This document shows, one piece after another, positions 45,912-57,900 of a stretch of 64,000 bases of DNA. Numbering within the stretch: the stretch's first letter is position 1; every line of letters begins with the position of its first letter. Source of the stretch: Oikopleura dioica (Eukaryota; Animalia; Chordata); the NCBI GenBank assembly GCA_907165135.1, contig OU015566.1:8432001-8496000 (forward strand), read 5' to 3'. The notes under the pieces were generated by a model. That model did no database searches. It was not told the DNA's origin and saw only the letters and a program-made list of their open reading frames with translations. A program made the position numbers and the translations under genes.

Positions 45912-48900
45912 ATGAGGTTGCTCAATTTTTGGGCTTCCTTGCCCATCTTAGTGAACAGTAATGATAGAATCTGCAGTACAGACACTTGCATCAACGGGGA
46001 TTGTGAATTTGGCCTTTGTCTTTGCCACAAAGGATGGGCAGGAGAAGGTTGCAGTGAGAAAATTTGTGATTGTGAGAATGGAACTTGCGATCAATCAACG
46101 AAGACCTGTAGTTGTAAAGACCACTGGGGAGGAGAGCGCTGCGAAATTCCAGTATGTGACGATTGTAGCAGTCAAGGAGGCGAATGCCAGCCCGGTGGTG
46201 TCTGCAAATGCAAAGAAGGATGGACTGGTAGCAGATGCTCGAAAGCAGTTTGCTCACAGCAATGTGAAAATGGTGGTCGCTGCACTGCACCAGATTTGTG
46301 CTCTTGCAAAGATAACTGGAGCGGACCAAGCTGCAAAAGATATGGACCCAAAGCCAAGATTTGTTCTTTTACGTCCGCTCGTGTGATGTTATTTGACGAG
46401 TCTATTCATTTTATTCAAAAGAACGATGAAATTAAATGCACGGTCTCACTGTTCAAAAGTCGGGACATTGACATTCAGTTGCGAACGGACACAAATGATC
46501 TAATTGCGAGGTCAATGAGCGAAACAATCATCCTCTCACAACAGTCCCCTTTTTCGACAAATTTCGGTGAAAATCGACAAGAGTTTTCCTTTTCTGAGCT
46601 GGTCATAATTTCTACCGGCGAAGAAGTTTGGATAAAATACACTGGTAGTGAAATTCCTGGAGGGCTGTGTTCTAGCTCTGTTTCTCAGACATCTGATCTT
46701 CTCTTGCCAAATGGAAAACTTCCATCAAACTGCTATTATGAGCCTCCAATAAAGAGTAAAATCAAGCATGCTCAACTGGCAGATACCTGCGATCACCTAA
46801 TGCAGTTGGGAAATTTCAACAAGTGCGCTAAGGTCGTCCCAATCGCTGCTGATCTCATGTCTAAATGTGTATCAGAGCTTTCCCAGCAATGTTCTGATTC
46901 TCATAATACTGATTGTCTTTGCCATGTTATGTCTGGCTGGGCAAGTACTTGCGCTCAGTATGGCTTCGAAGTAGGGAATTGGCGTCGGGCTGACCTCTGC
47001 CCAGAGCCGAATTGCCCGAAAAATCAGATCTGGTCAGAGTCTGTCGATTTATGTACGCCAAATTGCGCCGATAAACGCAATGAAAATTCGTACTCCTGTC
47101 CTATAATGAACAAATTTCCTGGATGTACCTGTCCTGAGAAGCAAATTCTTCGAGAAGACGGCATTTGTGTCAGTGAAGAAGCGTGTGGATGCACATTGAA
47201 TGATAAGTTTTACGTTCAAGGTTCTGTTGTATCCACAAATGAAGAAGTATGCTCGTGCAAAGGGCTCAGTTGGGCTTGCAAAAAGCCTGATGCGAGTCCA
47301 CGTCGATGCAGACTCTTTGGAGCGGGGCACATTGACGATTTTGATGGCGGGCAGAATAGCCTTCACTCACATGGAAATTATATCGCTCTCCGGCTGCCTT
47401 CATTATCGATAAAAGTCGAGTTCAGCCAATGCGCAGGGGATCAGTATTCAATCTGTATGCACAAAGTATCTGTGGACAACGAAGATGGTAACCATATCCG
47501 ACTTGGTCCTAGTGACGCTATATTCATTGATGGCGAGCGAGTTCTTGGGATTCATGAGAATGAATCTATCCGAATTTATGGTTGTCTCAGACTAGTGTCA
47601 TTGAAATTCTCGAACTGGACATCGTCATTTCTTTTGTTCCAGGCGTAAGTGTGATGATTGAATACAGAGGGACAGAAAGTTTCGAGGGTATTTGCGCTCC
47701 GAAGACAACTATGGCGAATACTGGGCATTATGACGTTGACTTTCAACACTTCGCCAGCATCTTTAATCTTTTGCCTCAAAGAAACCTGATTCTACCAGTT
47801 CAGAAAATCGGAAACTGTGCCCGCGAAAGATTCGAAATGTGTCAAGTCTTTGTTTCACAAGATCTGAAAGAATGCAATCACGTGATTCCCCCAGAGATTT
47901 TTATTGCAAGATGTCAAGCGGATATCTGCAATTGTTTCAACGAGGTTGGATGTCATCAAGTTATTTGTGAATCTGTAGCAGAGTATATAAGACATTGTAA
48001 AAATGCGCTGGTCTCATCTTTGAAGAAGGAAATAATGACTCCAGAAATTTGTGTGAATGAGTGTTCAAAAAATGAAATCTGGTCAGACTCTGTGTGTCCC
48101 CTCGAAGAAACCTGTCAGAACATGTCTTCGAAAAGAAAAGGTCACTGTTCGAAGAGGATATCTGCGTGCTCTTGCAAAGACGGATTTTACCGCGATGATC
48201 GTGACCAGTGTATTCCTTTAGCACAATGCCCTTGCTACGACAACGATGGACTCGCCATGTATCCCGGAGAAACATCTGTCAATACTGCTGGAGAAAATTG
48301 CTCCTGTTCAAGTGGAGTTATGACTTGCGAGAGTCAAGAAACATCAAATAATGAACTTGTCCGAGGAAAGCGAAATTATCTAAGATCAAACTGTGGGTAC
48401 GGTCTTGAGCTTCAAAATAAGGAAACAGCGAATGTTTGCAACCAAGAGGATTTTACCGGAGACAATAAGGTCTGCGGGTGTGTAGCTGGATTCTGGGACA
48501 GTAGCTTACAGAAATGTGTTTCTACGAGGCAAGAATGCACCTGCCCAGAATATTTAAAGCCGAAAGATGGAGTCTGTCATATGTTCATTTGCAGAAATGG
48601 CAAATGGCTGAGAAAAGCAAAACCCTGTGCTGGTGAATGCTCAGTTTATGGTACAAGACACATGAAAACATTCGATGGGAAGAGTCTCGCTTTTTCGTCA
48701 AATTGTGAAATTATTCTAGCCACAAACAAATGTAAATCGAAACCTTCAGAATCTTTCACTGTCACGCTTGAAAACAAGCAATGCCAAGGGACTAATCTTA
48801 TTTGCACCAAACAGCTTAGGGTTTACCATTCGAATGGAAAGGTATTTTCTGTCTATGGAAATTACGAGTCTTCTGGGCGACGAAAAATTGTTAGGACAGG

Positions 48901-51900
48901 AGATCCACCGCGGCTTGGAGTTCGGCAAGTTGGGCTTTATCTCATTATTCAAGTCAATCCAGATGTAGTTGTACTTTGGGATGTGAGCCTTAGAGTCCAC
49001 GTTATCGTTGAAAACAACCTAAACGGTGATGTGTGTGGAATGTGCGGAAATTTCAATGGAGACAATAGCGACGATTTCACTGGTCGAAACGGAGCAATTG
49101 TTACCTCGGGAGATCTTTTAGCAGAAGGCTGGAAATTCTCTTCTCGCAAATCAATGTGCTCAGCTCCTTCTACTGATGAAAACTCGTCTTCAACCTGCCT
49201 TGCTACTGATCAGAGTAAAAATGCATACGCCATTGAAACATGTCAACTCATATACTCCGATATCTTTGAAAAATGCCGGGCAAAAGTTGACCCAACGGCA
49301 TTCTATGAAGACTGCAAGGAATCCGCTTGTTCATGCTCACGTGGAGGAGAATGCGAGTGCTTGTGTGCCACAATAGCTTCTTTTGCCAGAGCTTGTGCTG
49401 TTGCCGGAGAACCCGTGAGATGGAGATCGCCAGATTTATGCCCGCTCATGTGCGAGGCTCAAGAAAAACAACCTGGAGGACCGGGTTTTGAATACCAAAA
49501 CTATCACTAAAAGTCATTTAGGATCAATTTAAATTTTTTTCTTTATTCTTAAAGTGATTAACTGAAATAGATTACAGTTGAGTATTTATATAGAAGTTCA
49601 GTTAATAATCAATTTAACGAGTAAAATCCTTCAAAAGGCTGTGTCTGGCACTACGATACTTGCCGCCCGTACTGCGAAGAAAGATGCGAGCGCTCATATT
49701 GTAGTCTCAGCAAAAACCTTCAATGCATTGATGGTTGCTTTCCAACATGTCCAGAAGGGTATCTATTCAGTGACATCGACAATGACTGCATTCTTCGCCA
49801 TGTTTGCGAGGAAAGACGAGCCCAACAAGCCGAGGAGCAGGAGCCAGATGAACCGCGTTCTGAGGAACCTGTTTTTTTAGGAACTTGAATTCAAACCCGT
49901 AAAAGCTAGAAAACGACGTAAAGGACGCATGCGAATGAGACGATCTCGTAGAAGTGACGAAAAGTGCTATTCTTGTAAACGGCTTAAAAATCTTTTCAAC
50001 AGCAACTATAAAATAAAAACAAGACGGCCATCTCAAGCGGCCTGTCGTCAGAGAACCTTGATTGCCGCAGAGGTGATTTTTACTTGCAAAACAGAAGGCC
50101 AATGGATAATTGTTTTGAGACTTGCTGTTGCATATAATCGTCCACAATTAATAAAAATAAGCGTCCCACAAAAGCCAAAACCAGTGAAAATTTCAGCACG
50201 GAAATTTCTAAAAATTTTTGATTTCTGTGAGAAGCGAAAAAGAACTGAGCGAGTTCTGAATTCAAGAAAAGAACCGATTGCTGAACCAATCAAAGAATTG
50301 GCAAATGAGATCGTCAAGAACATTGCCAAATCCTGTAAACTTGCTGATCGCGAAATCGTTGTTTTTATGGAGAGCGCTGATGACGACGAACTCCTTCAAA
50401 GATATGTTGATGCAGCTACTTCCCTAAAGTATCTGATTTTCGGCGAAGCCGGTGCATTAAGCACTAAAAATGTGAAGTGGACTGTTGTCAAAGCAGTGAC
50501 AGTCTCGCAAGCTACGCGATTCAAAACTGATAACGTTGAAAAAACTCTTGCTTGGACTGAACGCTCTTCATTGACTATCGTTGATGATTTGAAATCGTTC
50601 TTCAGTCAAGGCACAGGCTTCTCAAAGCAGCTAATTGCAATGACCTCGGAGCTTAACACAACTTACTGGCATTATATCTTTCTTGAAGAGAAAGTAGAGA
50701 TCTTCTCTCTCTCAAAAGCAGACGTGCTCAGTCTTGAAAACCGCCTAGTCTCGATCTCTTCGCCTGATCAAATTGCTGATGGAACTCACCAACTTCTTCA
50801 AGAGCTTTGTGACGCTCCAAAAGTTCCAACGAAAATCGATGTTCAGGAGATCGTTCCAGCTGAAGTCATGGACAAGACTCCTGAGCCCGTCAAAATCGAA
50901 AAGTGCACTGCTGAGAACTCGATTTCAATCTTCTTTGACAAAATTTCACAAGAAGAACTTTCCGATTTTGTGCAAAAGATACAGCACTATCTGACAGGAG
51001 AAGTGAATGGTCCATTCGGGTTGACTGATAGTCGCGTATCCGAGAAAAATCAGGGAAGAAGACTCTTTTTGATTTTTGATGAAGATGAAGGGCAACTGCA
51101 ATTTGAAGAAGATGATCTCGTTATAACACCAAACCAGATTGATCATAGTGACACAGGGAGCTTTTATGTTTCTTGCTTCAGGGATCTCATCAAAAATAAA
51201 AATATCTTAGGTAAAAAATTTCCAATTTATAGTGTTTAAAGAAGGGTTGTCCTTCGCTTAGCGTCATACCGCGTAGAATGAACCAGTTCTCGTCCGATCA
51301 CTGAAGTTAAACTACGACGGGCGGGGTTAGTACTTACATGGGTGACCGGTTGGGAATACCTCGTGCGCTAAGCATTTTGATTTTTGTAAAGAATCCTATT
51401 TACTCTTGAAAGCATACAGATTCCATCGAAAAGAGTTATTAAGGGATCCCCCGATTTCGCCAACTTTGACCTCTATCTACTTTTTTTTGAGCTTACGTAG
51501 GAAGCTGGTTTTGGGCGCATTTGAAAGCCCGCTTCGAAAGAAGCAAATTCTGGTAGAATCAGCTTGCCAGCAAAACATTCGCTTATGCATTACAGGCCGT
51601 CAAAGTGATTAACATTTTGAAAAATGGCCATTTAAGGTCATTTTCAAATCGTATCTACTTTTTTTTGGGCTTTAGGATTCAAAATCTTTTTGGTTTATCT
51701 AAAAGTATAGACGCTGATCTTTATTTTTTGGTAGAATGAGCATGATCGGATAAGTGAATAAAAAAATTCTATTTGTAAAACTTTTTGAAACCATTTTTGG
51801 CGTTATTTGGGTGTTAAAATGCTCTCTAGCGCCAACAATTGGCCGAAAATTCTGGTGCGGTTATTATATTCGTAATCTTCACATTCTAAGCTTTCGAAAG

Positions 51901-54900
51901 AGCCCTTGTTTGTGTTATTTCGATGACAATGAAAAATCGAAAAAAATTGCGATTTTCACGCTAAGTACAATTTACATGCATTTTCCCGAACTTTGGGAGC
52001 CAAAATTTCGGGGATGCATTTATGTAAAGGGGTACTATCATATATCAAAATGATCCTCAGAACACAAGGAATCTAATTATAGGCGATAATAACCGGTGCC
52101 AATGTTTTGAAAAATCGGGGGGTGATCCCTTAAAAGAACTTCTTTTTATCGCTTAGCGATGCTTCGGTGGAATGACGCTTCGTGTAGGGCGTTGTCTCGC
52201 TAGAGAAAAAGCGCCCTCCACCGTGCGCGTTTTTTTAAAGAGGTCGAAAATAGGAGCGTGCAGCGACAAAACGACCTCGAAATCAAGCACCCCTTCTCTT
52301 TACTCATCCCATTTTTGAGTCCGATTTCGATTGTCTAACAGGTAAGAATCGTCTCCATGCCTTCTCTCCCATCCCTCTCGCCTCTTACGATTTTAAAACC
52401 CTACCAAGTGTCTTTTCGTCACAGAAATTTTGTTTTCCATGCCAGACTCGGAAAAAGCAAACTCCAGATGTAATTTTTCGCTGTAAATTGTCTACAGTGT
52501 AGTATTTTACTTTAAATAAAATTCAACTAACTATTATACTTATTTAATATCTTAAACATACCCCATACAAATGTTAATATACGAGGAAAGTAAGTTAAAA
52601 CTGCATCTTTCATGGAGGGAACTTCCGTGACAGAAAACATTCAAGAAGAGAGGGTATGCAGGATATCCTGTCAAGACCGATAAATTGATACTGAAGTAGT
52701 TGGAAGTGAGTGATATATCACCTTTACTTATACTTAAACTTGTGAGAGGCGAGAGGGATAGGAGAGAGAAGGCATGGAAACGATTCTTACCTGTTAGACA
52801 ATCGAAATCGGACTCAAAAATGGGATGAGTAAAGAGAAGGGGTGCTTGATTTCGAGGTCGTTTTGTCGCTGCACGCTCCTATTTTCGGCCTCTTTTCAGA
52901 AAATCGCACGCTAGAGGGCGCTTTTTCACATAGACACGCCGCCCCGTCAGTAGCGCATTTAGCAAAATCATGATTTTTAAACACCGAATAGCACATTATC
53001 TGAAACTTTCATTTGAACTTTAACAGATTTGACAAAAGATTGATTCAATAGAACCTCGTCAAAAAGACAAAATGCTTAGCGCACGAGGTATTCCCAACCG
53101 GTCACCCATGTAAGTACTAACCCCGCCCGTCGTAGTTTGACTTCAGTGATCGGACGAGAACTGGTTTATTCTACGCGGTATGACGCTAAGCGATGATTGC
53201 CAGGAAAGATACATTATAAATTAATAGGTACTGAATAACAAGTTTTTAATAATAACTATTTAATATTAACTTTATCATAAACTTATTAATTACCAGTGAA
53301 ATTTTCCTCTTAACAAAAGCGTTATCCCAGTTGACGCCACTGTTAAGTTTGGTAAACTTTCAAAATCTGTGGTCGATTTGGTCGGCCGGGTCGGTTTTTT
53401 CTTCGTCGGTCCTTTTGATCGGCTTTTGGTCGGATTGATAATTTAACAATAATTTCATAATATTTTTTAATTAAATGTTCTTTCAGTTCAAAATTCAATG
53501 TTGCGTTCAACGTCAAGATTTTTTTCAAAAGACAAGCGCTTGAACAAACAAGCTTAAAATATCGATCAACGTATGATGGAAGCACGTTGTTTCCAGCGCA
53601 ACTTTTTCATCATGCTACAAGGATTGTCGCTTGGTGGCGGCTCCTTATAGCTAGGGAAACTCGATGAAAAATGAGCTTTTTTCTGGGCTTTGTAGAGAGG
53701 GAGTATAATACAGATTTAGAAAGCCCAGAAGCTGAGGATCATTTTGACTATTTACAGTATGGGGTTTGGATCATGTCCTGGGGCGTTTTTGGGCGTCTAA
53801 AGTCCGGAAAATGGGGGTAGTTCCAGAAAAGGGATTAAAAAAGTATCGGTAGTCCATCCTAAGAAAGAGCGGCTAAGTGTACGTTGTAGAGGAGGCTCTG
53901 GCGGTTCAGAATCTGTATAGAAACCTATTGGGACCCCCACATTCTAGAGGCGCTAGAGGCTCTAGAAGTTGAAGAAGTTACCTCAAAATCGGTACTTTTT
54001 TACGAAAAATTGCGCTAAGGGATTTATATTTATCCGAAATAGTCTTCAAAACGTTCCAATCAATTTTTCGATGTCAAAAATATTGTTTGGGGTCGTTTGA
54101 GGTCACTTGGGGTCATTTTTTGAGAAAAAATAGAATTTGGCCGAAACTCTACTCGAATAACCTCAAATGACCCCAAACGATATTTTTGACATCCAAAAAT
54201 TGATAGGAACGTTTTTAAGACGATTTCGGATAAAAATATAACCCTTACTGCAACTTTTCGTAAAAAAGTACCGATTTTGAGGTAACTTCTTCAACTTCTA
54301 GAGCCTCTAGCGCCTCTAGAATGTGGGGGTCCCAATAGGTTTCTATACAGATTCTGAACCGCCAGAGCCTCCTCTACAACGTACACTTAGCCGCTCTTTC
54401 TTAGGATGGACTACCGATACTTTTTTAATCCCTTTTCTGGAACTACCCCCATTTTCCGGACTTTAGACGCCCAAAAACGCCCCAGGACATGATCCAAACC
54501 CCATACTGTAAATAGTCAAAATGATCCTCAGCTTCTGGGCTTTCTAAATCTGTATTATACTCCCTCTCTACAAAGCCCAGAAAAAAGCCCATTTTTCATC
54601 GAGTTTCCCTACTTATAGCCTCTGCTTTTTCACCGCCGTATAGCAATCATCGAACATGAATAAAGAGAGAAGCTCCTTATATACGATAGGAAAGTTCGAA
54701 TTTAATATCTTAAATATTTTATTTACAGGGTCTTCTATAAATTTTGAATTTTCGAATTTATCAAAAGACTTGACTGATTCAATTTCTGTACGAGTTGGCT
54801 CGCTGGGCTTGAAAAAAGTATATGAAGGACAGTAAAAAATGACTAATATTATATACGTAATATATTTTCTGAAAATCGCTGATCAGACTCCTTCCACTTG

Positions 54901-57900
54901 ACCTCCTTCATATTACATCATATAAGTTTTATTATAATTTTTAAAATAAAAATTTATTCCATAAGCAATACATAAAAACTTTCTATAATTATTTATAAGA
55001 TATTGTTTATCAGATATTATCAGTCTTTTTTTTCTCCAGAAAGTTCGCAAAACGGTACGGACAAACGTCATGTGTATGCGGATGAATGTTGGCACCGTAA
55101 TTGGCAAGACTTGTCTAACGTTCAAATCTTATTTTTTTTAAGATCACAGCCAAACTTTCATTAAATCTGACGAAGAAATATTGGCGTACAATTTATCAGT
55201 GACCCCAAACAAATTTCAAAAAATGCAACTTCATGATGACATGCATGATGATGTTTAGAAACATACGCTTACAAAAGCAACATTGAATTTTGAACTGAAA
55301 GAACATTTAATTAAAAAATATTATGAAATTATTGTTAAATTATCAATCCGACCAAAAGCCGATCAAAAGGACCGACGAAGAAAAAACCGACCCGGCCGAC
55401 CAAATCGACCACAGATTTTGAAAGTTTACCAAACTTAACAGTGGCGTCAACTGGGATAACGCTTTTGTTAAGAGGAAAATTTCACTGGTAATTAATAAGT
55501 TTATGATAAAGTTAATATTAAATAGTTATTATTAAAAACTTGTTATTCAGTACCTATTAATTTATAATGTATCTTTCCTGGCAATCATCGCTTAGCGTCA
55601 TACCGCGTAGAATAAACCAGTTCTCGTCCGATCACTGAAGTCAAACTACGACGGGCGGGGTTAGTACTTACATGGGTGACCGGTTGGGAATACCTCGTGC
55701 GCTAAGCATTTTGTCTTTTGACGAGGTTCTATTGAATCAATCTTTTGTCAAATCTGTTAAAGTTCAAATGAAAGTTTCAGATAATGTGCTATTCGGTGTT
55801 TAAAAATCATGATTTTGCTAAATGCGCTACTGACGGGGCGGCGTGTCTATGTGAAAAAGCGCCCTCTAGCGTGCGATTTTCTGAAAAGAGGCCGAAAATA
55901 GGAGCGTGCAGCGACAAAACGACCTCGAAATCAAGCACCCCTTCTCTTTACTCATCCCATTTTTGAGTCCGATTTCGATTGTCTAACAGGTAAGAATCGT
56001 TTCCATGCCTTCTCTCTCCTATCCCTCTCGCCTCTCACAAGTTTAAGTATAAGTAAAGGTGATATATCACTCACTTCCAACTACTTCAGTATCAATTTAT
56101 CGGTCTTGACAGGATATCCTGCATACCCTCTCTTCTTGAATGTTTTCTGTCACGGAAGTTCCCTCCATGAAAGATGCAGTTTTAACTTACTTTCCTCGTA
56201 TATTAACATTTGTATGGGGTATGTTTAAGATATTAAATAAGTATAATAGTTAGTTGAATTTTATTTAAAGTAAAATACTACACTGTAGACAATTTACAGC
56301 GAAAAAATTACATCTGGAGTTTGCTTTTTCCGAGTCTGGCATGGAAAACAAAATTTCTGTGACGAAAAGACACTTGGTAGGGTTTTAAAATCGTAAGAGG
56401 CGAGAGGGATGGGAGAGAGAAGGCATGGAGACGATTCTTACCTGTTAGACAATCGAAATCGGACTCAAAAATGGGATGAGTAAAGAGAAGGGGTGCTTGA
56501 TTTCGAGGTCGTTTTGTCGCTGCACGCTCCTATTTTCGACCTCTTTAAAAACGCGCACGGTGGAGGGCGCTTTTCTCTAGCGAGACAACGCCCTACACGA
56601 AGCGTCATTCCACCGAAGCATCGCTAAGCGATAAAAGAAGTTCTTTTAAGGGATCACCCCCGATTTTTCAAAACATTGGCACCGGTTATTATCGCCTATA
56701 ATTAGATTCCTTGTGTTCTGAGGATCATTTTGATATATGATAGTACCCTTTACATAAATGCATCCCCGAAATTTTGGCTCCCAAAGTTCGGGAAAATGCA
56801 TGTAAATTGTACTTAGCGTGAAAATCGCAATTTTTTCGATTTTTCATTGTCATCGAAATAACACAAACAAGGGCTCTTTCGAAAGCTTAGAATGTGAAGA
56901 TTACGAATATAATAACCGCACCAGAATTTTCGGCCAATTGTTGGCGCTAGAGAGCATTTTAACACCCAAATAACGCCAAAAATGGTTTCAAAAGTTTTAC
57001 AACTAGAATTTTTTATTCACTTATCCGATCATGCTCATTCTACCAAAAATAAAGATCAGCGTCTATACTTTTAGATAAACCAAAAGATTTTGAATCCTAA
57101 AGCCCAAAAAGTAGATACGATTTGAAAATGACCTTAAATGGCCATTTTTCAAAATGTTAATCACTTTGACGGCCTGTAATGCATAAGCGAATGTTTTGCT
57201 GGCAAGCTGATTCTACCAGAATTTGCTTCTTTCGAAGCGGGCTTTCAAATGCGCCCAAAACCAGCTTCCTACGTAAGCTCAAAAAAAAGTAGATAGAGGT
57301 CAAAGTTGGCGAAATCGGGGGATCCCTTAATAACTCTTTTCGATGGAATCTGTATGCTTTCAAGAGTAAATAGGATTCTTTACAAAAATCAAAATGCTTA
57401 GCGCACGAGGTATTCCCAACCGGTCACCCATGTAAGTACTAACCCCGCCCGTCGTAGTTTAACTTCAGTGATCGGACGAGAACTGGTTCATTCTACGCGG
57501 TATGACGCTAAGCGAAGGACAACCCTTCTTTAAACAACATAAATCAAATGGATTAGTTACAGATGTAAAATGATTCTAGGTGAAATCATCGCCGAACTCT
57601 GCCAATCCCGTCAGATTCCAAACGCTCCGGAAAAATTCGATCCTTCCCCACTGCCACTTCCAGATTTGAAAGAGCCTTTTCGGCCGAAACCTGCGGATCT
57701 TTCTCCAAAGATTTGCACGGACACAAACTCCTGTGCTTGCTCGGAGGAGATGAATCTCATCATCCTTGTCGATGGAACTTTACAAATGCAAAAGCGATCA
57801 AATCGAGGAAAATATGTACTCGAATTTTTGAGAAAGCTAAGCGAGCGAACTGATTTCAATAAAACAAGTGTTGACGTCAAGTTTTACGGCGACAATAGAT

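Larger units (their letters stand above)
51233..57536. repeat. 6.3-kb nested palindrome (arms 51233-53504 and 55277-57536, spacer 1.77 kb) carrying SL RNA and 5S rRNA genes
   Basis: Arms are near-identical reverse complements; each arm is itself 5S>,SL>,<SL,<5S; TTAA at 51236-51239 and 57530-57533. Confidence 0.92.

Noticed and set aside
55021-55260. Possible Merlin/ISXO2 transposase relic in the spacer (VYADECW...DHSQTF)
   Set aside because: The resemblance is too short and broken to support; no autonomous transposase is visible in the window
51406-57363. Short ORFs duplicated in the palindrome (68, 99, 60 and 80 aa)
   Set aside because: They overlap MITE, SL-promoter or AT-rich spacer DNA and have no coding features
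51233-57536. Palindrome as a fold-back read artefact
   Set aside because: It has a unique 1.77-kb spacer, at least one true substitution between arms, and correct-phase host exons on both sides; confirmation by spanning reads is still advisable
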